The notes beneath the pieces are model-generated. The model searched no databases, had not been told where the DNA came from, and saw nothing but the letters and a program-made list of their open reading frames with translations. The position numbers and the translations under genes were made by a program. Positions 9,214-16,151 of a stretch of 20,000 nt of DNA are shown here, piece by piece (positions within the stretch are counted from its first letter, which is position 1; every line of letters starts with the position of its first letter). The DNA is taken from sequence record SRR20825006_870, one strand, 5' to 3'.

Positions 9214-9238
9214 GCCCTGCCCATCAGATGAGCAGGGC
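9214..9238 (+). terminator. GC-rich hairpin after hpaI (possible weak terminator or pause site)
   Basis: GCCCTGC (9214-9220) pairs with GCAGGGC (9232-9238), with an inner CATC/GATG. No clear U-tract follows. Confidence 0.4.
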
Positions 9239-9255
9239 AAACTTGCACCCATACT

Positions 9256-9274
9256 TTTAACATGTTAAATATAT
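9256..9274. promoter_or_regulatory. Second putative HpaR operator, upstream of the FeaR-like regulator
   Basis: Perfect palindrome TTTAACATGTTAAA (9256-9269). The reverse complement of 9256-9274 matches 2113-2131 at 18 of 19 positions. Confidence 0.7.
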
Positions 9275-9409
9275 AGCTAGGCAGCTCGACTGTTTAAAAA
9301 ATACTATGACATGGCGTTGGCCGCTCAACTGGGCAGACAACTGCATGCCACCACAAAGCATAATGAGATCGCGAGTTGCCGATGAGGGAGTTTTGTTGGA
9401 GGAAGTGCC

Positions 9410-10360
9410 ATGCTGATACAACCAGAAACACGCATACAACATGCGGTGAACGATGCGTTTCAACCGCTCGCGCTGGATATTTTTGGCTCATTGGTGGTGG
9501 GGTTTAACGACGCCGAGCCGCAAAGTGCTGAGCTGCACACGGCAAACTTTGGCGCTTGCCGATTGTCGCACATCACGGCAAGTGCCCATTCGGTTGATGG
9601 CGCGCGCGCGGTGCGTCGTTCGTTCGACCCGGACGCCATTAAGCTGATTTTGCAAAATGAGGGCCATTCACGCCTGAAACAAGCAAATGTTGAACTGGAG
9701 TTGGTACCCGGCAGCTGGGTGGCCTATGATCCAACCAAATCCTATAGCTTGGATAACCTATCGCCCGTGAAGCAATTGATCCTTCAATTGCCGCGCCATA
9801 ATATTCCAGCCGCCGCATTGCAGCAATTGATGCGCCCCAACAAGCTGGATATTGCCGAACGGAGCTTGCACAAAATTTTGTACACCATGATGTCTTCAGC
9901 ATTGGACCAAGTGGATGGATTAGATGCCGAAGGGCAATCTGGTGTAGGCGATGCGCTGCTCCATTTGGCCAAAACATTGGTGCTGCGCATCGATCCAGAG
10001 GATTTGGAGCGCTCTGCCGTTTCCCTCAAAACCCTGCGCATGCGGGTTAAAGCCTATATCGAAACCAATCTGTCACGATCAGATTTGGACATTGCCGAAC
10101 TGGCACAAAAAATGGGGTGTTCGCGCCGCTATTTGTTCCGCGCTTTCGAGCAAGACGAAACCACCCCATCAGAATTTTTGTGGGGGCTTCGGCTGGATAA
10201 ATCTTTGGAACGTTTGTCTTCGCCCAAATTTGCAGGAGCATCAATTTCGGAGATCGCGTTCTCTTGCGGCTTTTCATCAAGTTCGCACTTTTCACGCGCC
10301 TTCAGAAAACGCTTTGATATTTCACCAAGCGAAGCGCGGCATGCCAAAACGTTGAATTAA
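9410..10360 (+). CDS. AraC-family transcriptional activator, FeaR/TynR-like
   Basis: C-terminal AraC double HTH (IAELAQKMGCSRRYLFRAF; ISEIAFSCGFSSSSHFSRAFRKRFDISP). The N-terminal domain has the FeaR-type pattern (ELVPGSWVAYDPTKSY, QLILQLPR). RBS GGAGG. Confidence 0.88.
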   Translation: MLIQPETRIQHAVNDAFQPLALDIFGSLVVGFNDAEPQSAELHTANFGACRLSHITASAHSVDGARAVRRSFDPDAIKLILQNEGHSRLKQANVELELVPGSWVAYDPTKSYSLDNLSPVKQLILQLPRHNIPAAALQQLMRPNKLDIAERSLHKILYTMMSSALDQVDGLDAEGQSGVGDALLHLAKTLVLRIDPEDLERSAVSLKTLRMRVKAYIETNLSRSDLDIAELAQKMGCSRRYLFRAFEQDETTPSEFLWGLRLDKSLERLSSPKFAGASISEIAFSCGFSSSSHFSRAFRKRFDISPSEARHAKTLN

Positions 10361-10382
10361 AAAAGGGGCCAATTGGCCCCTT
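10359..10382 (-). terminator. Rho-independent terminator of the minus-strand SDR-moaF-snoaL operon (possibly bidirectional)
   Basis: Perfect palindrome AAGGGGCCAATTGGCCCCTT (10363-10382). The A6 run at 10359-10364 reads as U6 on the minus strand. It lies between convergent genes. Confidence 0.8.
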
Positions 10383-10404
10383 AATTCTTGGTCTATGATT
10401 GCCC

Positions 10405-10797
10405 CTAAGGCTTTAAAGCATCTGCCACCAATTTTGTGTCGGCAAACTGTTCAAACTTGACCACTTTGCCGTCCTCAACTTCCCACACATGGGTGACACG
10501 CGCTTCAAAGCTTTTGCCTGTTGATTTGGCCGTGGCTGCATAAAGACCGACACCCACGACATGGGAACCAGCGTCTAGCAATTGGTTGAGGGTGAAGGTG
10601 AAATTATCGAACAGATCGCCAAGGGCGAAGAACACGTTCTTCTTCACTTCCTCCGGCCCAATATAGGTGCCAGCGCACGGAAAACCCGCAGCTTCAGTCC
10701 AGGCACAATCATCGGCAAGTGGGGCCAGCATGCCCTCCAGATCACCCCGATCACTGGCGGCATAATGGGCTTTTACAATCTCATAAGCTTCAGACAT
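10405..10797 (-). CDS. SnoaL-like / NTF2-family protein (ketosteroid isomerase-like fold)
   Basis: 130 aa; HYAASDRGDLEGML, WTEAAGFPCAGTYIGPEEV, HVWEVEDGKVVKFEQFADT; RBS GGAG. Confidence 0.88.
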   Translation of the reverse strand: MSEAYEIVKAHYAASDRGDLEGMLAPLADDCAWTEAAGFPCAGTYIGPEEVKKNVFFALGDLFDNFTFTLNQLLDAGSHVVGVGLYAATAKSTGKSFEARVTHVWEVEDGKVVKFEQFADTKLVADALKP

Positions 10798-10806
10798 TAG
10801 GTCTCC

Positions 10807-11595
10807 TTAAACCGGCTCTTGGCCCGGCAGATAGTAGGTCATGGATGCTTTGCGGATGAATGCGCCGGCCGGGTTGTTGGCAATGGAGCCGTCGCCCTCA
10901 ATGCCCAAAAATTTGCCGGTAGAGCGCATTTCATTAAAGTCGTGGAAGAAGGTGGAGGCCACCGGGATCAAATATTCCCGGAAGGTGAAAATATATTGGC
11001 CTTCATCAAACTTATAAGTGGTCGCCAAATCCACATCCCCATGGCCACGCTGCACGCCCACCAAATTCTGCCACGCATAGCGCGTGGACGAGAGATAGGT
11101 GTGTTCATACACATGGTTGGGGCTATAGGTGTAATGCGCCCGCAAGCCGATCAAATCGCGCGTTTCTGCGGGCTCTGGTCCGCTAATCTCTACGCCATCC
11201 AATGTGCCGGGGCGGAAAATCTGTTCCACCTGTGGGTCGCCCGCTGCTTCTTCAACACTGCGAATATGCGCGTAGATGGAGAGCACACGACCTGTGCTTA
11301 CATTGATGATCACCGTGTCCGCATCTTTGGGGCGATCTGCAAAGACCATATCGACAAAATAGGTGTTGGGCGCCAAATTGATGACCTCACACCAATCGCT
11401 GCCGCTTTGGCCATTTTCTTGCCAATCCACCTTGTCTTTTGCGGTGAATTTTAGGGCCAGTTTGCGCCCATCATTAAAGCTGATGGCAAAATCCTTGCCG
11501 ATCAACTCGTCGGTTGTGGGCAGGCGATTATGATCAATGCCAGCGGCAAAATCATCGTAATTCTTCCAGTCTGCGGGTCTCGCTTGTTCGCTCAT
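10807..11595 (-). CDS. moaF: MoaF-family protein (two tandem calycin / phenolic-acid-decarboxylase-like domains), function uncharacterised
   Basis: 262 aa with an internal repeat (TDELIGK.../TRDLIGLR...). Motifs YTYSPNHVYEHTY, WQNLVGVQRG and YIFTFREYLIPV are recognised as MoaF-like. It lies downstream of an SDR, as in the Klebsiella monoamine-regulon moaEF operon. It is not a molybdenum cofactor gene. Confidence 0.78.
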   Translation of the reverse strand: MSEQARPADWKNYDDFAAGIDHNRLPTTDELIGKDFAISFNDGRKLALKFTAKDKVDWQENGQSGSDWCEVINLAPNTYFVDMVFADRPKDADTVIINVSTGRVLSIYAHIRSVEEAAGDPQVEQIFRPGTLDGVEISGPEPAETRDLIGLRAHYTYSPNHVYEHTYLSSTRYAWQNLVGVQRGHGDVDLATTYKFDEGQYIFTFREYLIPVASTFFHDFNEMRSTGKFLGIEGDGSIANNPAGAFIRKASMTYYLPGQEPV

Positions 11596-11606
11596 TTGTT
11601 CCTCCT

Positions 11607-12395
11607 CTATTCAACAAATGCCAATGTGGGCAGATCAACCGTGCCAGCGCCGCCATCGACGGTGACGATGGCGCCATTCATCATCGACGCCTCCGCACTG
11701 GCCAAAAAGCAGATCACATTGGAGATTTCTTCCGGTGTGGCCGCGCGCCCCAAAGGCACGTCTTTCGTGACCAGTTGATAGGCCTCATCCACTGAGTTCA
11801 GCCCGTGCTTTTCAATCAGCACTTGCATTTGATCGTCAGCCATGGCGGTGCGCACCCAACCGGGGCATACCGTGTTGGTGCGGACGCCCTTGCGGCCATA
11901 ATCGCGCGCCAGCGATTTCGCTAGACCAATCAAACCATGCTTCATGGTCACATAGCCCGCCGCATCCGGCCCGGCAAACAGCCCAGCAATGGAGGCCACA
12001 GCCACAATGTTGCCTTTGGCTTCAATCAGGGCGGGCAGAGCAGCGCGGGCCGTTACAAACGCCGTGTCTAGATTTGCGCGGGTGGCGTTCGCCCACGTCT
12101 CATCGCTCATGGAGATGGTGGGGCCAACACCATGGCCACCCGCATTGGCGATCAAAATATCCAAATGGCCATATTGTTTCACAAGGCTCTGGACCACTTG
12201 GCCCATCGCGTCTGCGTCCGCTGCATCTGCCGCATAGATATCTGCCTCAATATCAGCAGCCACAGCTTCCAATGGTTCTTTGCGGCGACCCACCAAAGCC
12301 ACCTTGCCGCCTTCAGCGGCGATCCGCTTGGCAACCTCGGCCCCAATGCCGGTGCCGCCACCCGTGATCAGCGCAACTTTATCTTTAAATCTCAT
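11607..12395 (-). CDS. Short-chain dehydrogenase/reductase (positional equivalent of Klebsiella monoamine-regulon MoaE)
   Basis: TGGGTGIG, NAGG, VAVAS, YVTMK, CPGWVRTAM motifs; strong RBS GAGGAGG before ATG 12395. Confidence 0.9.
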   Translation of the reverse strand: MRFKDKVALITGGGTGIGAEVAKRIAAEGGKVALVGRRKEPLEAVAADIEADIYAADAADADAMGQVVQSLVKQYGHLDILIANAGGHGVGPTISMSDETWANATRANLDTAFVTARAALPALIEAKGNIVAVASIAGLFAGPDAAGYVTMKHGLIGLAKSLARDYGRKGVRTNTVCPGWVRTAMADDQMQVLIEKHGLNSVDEAYQLVTKDVPLGRAATPEEISNVICFLASAEASMMNGAIVTVDGGAGTVDLPTLAFVE

Positions 12396-12499
12396 CTGTT
12401 CCTCCTCGGTCCGATCAGAGCCTAGGTTTGGCGAGATCGCGTGTCGCGCCCCGGTGCGCATTCAAGATTGATCAGGAGTGCAAAGGCCGCCCTAAGCCG

Positions 12500-12537
12500 C
12501 GTCAACCCCTTGATAGCCGGGGCTTTGACGGGTCAAA
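12500..12537. promoter_or_regulatory. Overlapping inverted repeats in the divergent SDR/ALDH promoter region
   Basis: CGTCAA-CCCC (12500-12509) pairs with GGGG-CT-TTGACG (12519-12530); a second palindrome TTTGAC-GG-GTCAAA lies at 12524-12537. Confidence 0.4.
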
Positions 12538-12592
12538 AATCAGATTAATCATCGCGCAATCCCAAATGCGCGTACCCTGAGGAGGAGGAAAA

Positions 12593-13999
12593 ATGAGTTC
12601 TTACGGCCTAGTGATCAATGGTGAAAAAATCAGCACGGCAGACTATCTCGATGTCTTAAACCCGGCAGACCAATCAGTGGTGGGGCAGATGCCCCTTGCC
12701 AGCACGGATCAACTTGATGACGCAGTGCGCGCCGCCCAAGCGGCCTTTCTGGCGTGGCGTGATTTGGATGACAAAGAACGGCAGAAATTGTGCAATCAAT
12801 TGGCAGATAAGCTGGAAGCGCACCATGAGGAATTGGCCAAACTGATCACCGCCGAACAGGGCAAGCCACTTGTGCAATTGGGTTCACGCTTTGAGCTGGA
12901 TGGCGCCATCGGCTGGAGCCGCGCGACTGCCGCGCTGGACATGCCAATCGAAGTGATTGAAGAAACTCCTGATGGTCGTGTCGAACTGCACCGCAAACCC
13001 ATTGGCGTTGTGGGCTCCATTACCCCATGGAACTATCCTGTGATGATCGGGTGCTGGCACATCATCCCGGCCTTGCGGGCGGGCAACACGGTGGTGATTA
13101 AACCGTCGCCGCTCACCCCGCTTTCCACTTTGCGAATGGTCGAACTATTCAATGAAGTTTTGCCCAAAGGCGTTTTGAACGCGGTGACGGGCGACGACCA
13201 ATTGGCTGCTGCCATGTCTGCCCACCCTGGCTTCAACAAAATGGTATTCACCGGCTCAACCGCCACGGGCAAAAAGATCATGGCATCGGCGGTGGATAGC
13301 TTGAAACGCTTAACGTTGGAACTGGGGGGCAATGATGCTGGGATTGTGCTGCCTGATGCTGACCCGAAACAAGTGGCCGAAGGCCTGTTTTGGGGCGCGT
13401 TCCTGAACAATGGGCAGACCTGTGCGGCGCTTAAACGACTCTATGTCCATGCGAATATTTATGATGCAGTGTGCACCGAAATGGCGGCCATTGCGCAAAA
13501 TGTAAAAACCGGACCGGGCATGGAAGAAGACAGTGTGTTCGGCCCCATCCAAAACCGCAATCAATTTGAAAAAGTCAAAGCTTTGGTGGACGATGCTAAG
13601 GCGCGTGGTGCGCGCATTTTAACGGGTGGCGAGCCAATGGCGGGGGAGGGCAATTTTTATCCCATCACGCTGGTGGCGGACATTGAGCAAGATGCACGGT
13701 TGGTGGATGAAGAACAGTTTGGCCCGGCTCTGCCCATCGTCAAATATCACGATATAGACGAAGCGGTGAAGATGGCCAACGCATCTCCCATGGGGCTAGG
13801 CGGTTCAGTTTGGTCGAGCGACAAAGCCAAAGCCAAACAAATCGCTAGTCGGCTCGAATGCGGATCTGTCTGGATCAACAATCACGGGGCCATTCAACCC
13901 AACGCGCCCTTCGGTGGCGTCAAGCAATCGGGCATCGGCCTTGAATTCGGCATGGAAGGCCTCAAAGAGTTCACGGTTACCCAAACCGTGTTTGTTTAA
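12593..13999 (+). CDS. Aldehyde dehydrogenase, probably acting on an (hydroxy)phenylacetaldehyde
   Basis: SITPWNYP, FTGSTATGKK, TLELGGNDAGIV (catalytic Glu), NNGQTCAALKRLYVH (catalytic Cys), EEQFGP; RBS GAGGAGGAGG. Substrate is inferred from context. Confidence 0.9.
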   Translation: MSSYGLVINGEKISTADYLDVLNPADQSVVGQMPLASTDQLDDAVRAAQAAFLAWRDLDDKERQKLCNQLADKLEAHHEELAKLITAEQGKPLVQLGSRFELDGAIGWSRATAALDMPIEVIEETPDGRVELHRKPIGVVGSITPWNYPVMIGCWHIIPALRAGNTVVIKPSPLTPLSTLRMVELFNEVLPKGVLNAVTGDDQLAAAMSAHPGFNKMVFTGSTATGKKIMASAVDSLKRLTLELGGNDAGIVLPDADPKQVAEGLFWGAFLNNGQTCAALKRLYVHANIYDAVCTEMAAIAQNVKTGPGMEEDSVFGPIQNRNQFEKVKALVDDAKARGARILTGGEPMAGEGNFYPITLVADIEQDARLVDEEQFGPALPIVKYHDIDEAVKMANASPMGLGGSVWSSDKAKAKQIASRLECGSVWINNHGAIQPNAPFGGVKQSGIGLEFGMEGLKEFTVTQTVFV

Positions 14000-14015
14000 G
14001 TCTTTTAGGGCGGCG

Positions 14016-14666
14016 CTATGGCGTCGCCTTTTCCGGGGCATGGGGGCCAAAGGCGCAAAGGAAAATGCGCACGGCTTCCTGTGCCTGCGCTTTCAGCGCA
14101 GCCTTGTTGGGGATGCCTTTATCGCCCAACAACATGGCATCATTTGTTGGTGCACCCATCAAAAGCCAATTGAATTGTCGCGCCGCAACGCTAGCATTTG
14201 GTGCGTAAAGCAGGCCTCTCTGATGATAAAATTCTATCGCATGGGCAAGCCGTGCGATGGAGTTTTTCGGGCCATTTTCATGCAAGGCTTCACCTAGCTC
14301 GGGAAACCGTTCAACCTCGCCAATCACCATGCGGCGTAGCTGCATAAGACGTGGGGTCATCACCACCATCAATTGCTGCTCAGCGATTTCCAAAAAGAAG
14401 TTTTTCACATCATCATTTGTTGGCGGCTCAATTTGATCTTCCCGAAGTTCAGCCGACGCCATGCCCGACATGCTTGTCGCTAGGGCTTTGAATAGAATTT
14501 CTTTGGATTGAAAATTGGCATAAACCGTTTGCTTGGACACGCCGGCCCTATCCGCAATTGCATCCATATTGGTGCCCAAAAAACCATTTTTCAAAAAGAC
14601 ATATTCCGCCGCTTTTAGGATTTTTTCCTGACTGCGCTTTTTGCGGGTTTGCGCCCCATTGGACAT
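14016..14666 (-). CDS. TetR/AcrR-family transcriptional regulator
   Basis: N-terminal HTH (ILKAAEYVFLKNGFLGTNMDAIADRAGVSKQTVYANFQSKEILF); C-terminal LRRMVIGEVERFPELG and AVRIFLCAF; RBS GAGG before ATG 14666. Confidence 0.93.
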   Translation of the reverse strand: MSNGAQTRKKRSQEKILKAAEYVFLKNGFLGTNMDAIADRAGVSKQTVYANFQSKEILFKALATSMSGMASAELREDQIEPPTNDDVKNFFLEIAEQQLMVVMTPRLMQLRRMVIGEVERFPELGEALHENGPKNSIARLAHAIEFYHQRGLLYAPNASVAARQFNWLLMGAPTNDAMLLGDKGIPNKAALKAQAQEAVRIFLCAFGPHAPEKATP

Positions 14667-14718
14667 AAATATGTGCCTCAAATCACCTCATATGACACCA
14701 CACTATAAAAGACTCCTC

Positions 14719-14747
14719 TTGACAAATCAAACTGGACGGTCCAGTCT
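14719..14747 (+). promoter_or_regulatory. Promoter of the GFA-family gene with a TetR operator in the spacer
   Basis: TTGACA at 14719-14724 and the 15-bp palindrome ACTGGAC-G-GTCCAGT at 14731-14745, in the gap between divergent tetR and its partner. Confidence 0.75.
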
Positions 14748-14777
14748 ATTTGGCGAGATGGAAATAGGTGAGTAGAG

Positions 14778-15254
14778 ATGCAAAACCAAATTTTGTCCTG
14801 CCAATGTGGCAAGGTGCAGTTGAGCTTGAAGGGCAAGGAAATGGCCAGTGCGGATTGTGGGTGCAGCAGCTGCCAAAAGGCTGGGGCGAAGATGCAAGCT
14901 TTGGATGGCGCACCTACAATTCTGAATTCGCACGGCGCCACGCATTTCGAGCTTTATCGCAAAGATTATATCAATTGCGAAAAGGGCGCTGAGCATTTGG
15001 CGCAGTTCCGTTTGAAAGAAGATAGTCCCACCCGTCGCATCATGGCCACGTGCTGCAACACTCCGATGTTTCTCGATTTCGGACCGGGCCATTGGGCTAG
15101 TGTTTACGGCATTTTGTGGCCAGCCGGTACCGTAACGTCAAAGCGTGCTAAATCATTTTCGGCTGGTTTTATGGCCAAGCTATTGTGGGCGTGGGCAAAG
15201 ATGGGCTTCAAATCGCCTAAGATCACATTTGTCGATCGACAAATTGAACTTTAA
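14778..15254 (+). CDS. GFA / CENP-V-like zinc-binding protein (DUF6151-like)
   Basis: Cys pattern CQCG...CGCSSC...ATCCNTPMF; RBS AGGTGAG. Confidence 0.8.
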   Translation: MQNQILSCQCGKVQLSLKGKEMASADCGCSSCQKAGAKMQALDGAPTILNSHGATHFELYRKDYINCEKGAEHLAQFRLKEDSPTRRIMATCCNTPMFLDFGPGHWASVYGILWPAGTVTSKRAKSFSAGFMAKLLWAWAKMGFKSPKITFVDRQIEL

Positions 15255-15366
15255 GGGCACCAATTGCATGCGTAAAACCCACTTTTGCGTGTAAAAATCG
15301 CCTATTGCATTGTTTTGCCTTAACTTCTCCCTTAGCTTTATCGAGATTTATATGGGGAGGAAGCCA

Positions 15367-16137
15367 ATGAGCGGTACGGAAAAATATAACGCGCCAGCGC
15401 TCGATAAAGGGCTCGACATTATTGAAACATTGGCAGAGGCGGGGGAAAGCCTCACCCAGGGTGAAATCGCCAAACGTCTGGATCGCTCCGTCAGTGAAAT
15501 TTTCCGGATGCTGGTGGTGCTGCGGCGGCGTGGGCTGATCGCGCTGGATGAAACCAGCGACCGCTATTACCTCACCACACGCCTGTTTGAATTGGCCCAT
15601 CGTATCCCCATTGTAAAGCGGTTGACCGTGGCGGCCGCACCTGTGATGCAGCGCTTAGCTGCGCAAACCAACCAATCTTGTCATTTGGGGGTCCGCTCCG
15701 GCGATAGCATTGTGATTGTGGGGCAGGTGGACAACCCCGGCAACAATGTGTTGAGCGTGCGCATGGGCGCGCGGATCGAATTTTGGCGCACCTCATCTGG
15801 TCGGGTGATTTTGGCGCATTCAGACCCTGAAGTGCGTGAAAAGGCAATCGCCAGCATTCCTCATCCTGATAAAGTGCCTGCCAAACAATTGCGCACGGAA
15901 CTGAACCAGATTGCCAGCCAAGGCTATGAGCAACTGGAAAGCCTTGTGGTGAAGGGCATCGAAAATATCAGTGCCCCGATATTGGGCTTTGATGGCTTTG
16001 CCACCGCAGCGCTGACCATACCTTATATGGAGCGCTTGCAAGGCGGTATGCCGAAAGAGGAATGTTTGCAGGAATTGCTGGCCGCCGCTGAAAGCATTTC
16101 AGTGCAATTGGGCGGCCCAGCACGGGCGCTCACTTAA
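15367..16137 (+). CDS. IclR-family transcriptional regulator
   Basis: YNAPALDKGLDIIETLA and EIAKRLDRSVSEIFRML HTH, TSSGRVILA, ISAPI...AALTIP; RBS GGAGG at 15356-15360 supports ATG 15367. Confidence 0.93.
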   Translation: MSGTEKYNAPALDKGLDIIETLAEAGESLTQGEIAKRLDRSVSEIFRMLVVLRRRGLIALDETSDRYYLTTRLFELAHRIPIVKRLTVAAAPVMQRLAAQTNQSCHLGVRSGDSIVIVGQVDNPGNNVLSVRMGARIEFWRTSSGRVILAHSDPEVREKAIASIPHPDKVPAKQLRTELNQIASQGYEQLESLVVKGIENISAPILGFDGFATAALTIPYMERLQGGMPKEECLQELLAAAESISVQLGGPARALT

Positions 16138-16151
16138 ATCGTAAGCGTGGC

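Noticed and set aside
10819-11454. 211-aa plus-strand ORF, and similar ORFs at 7019-7666, 4318-4860 and 4932-5441
   Set aside because: They lie opposite well-supported genes, lack family motifs, and I noticed no RBS for them.
10807-11595. Reading MoaF as a molybdenum cofactor biosynthesis protein
   Set aside because: The moa name here traces to the Klebsiella monoamine regulon. No Moco genes or molybdoenzymes are in the window, and the context is aromatic catabolism.
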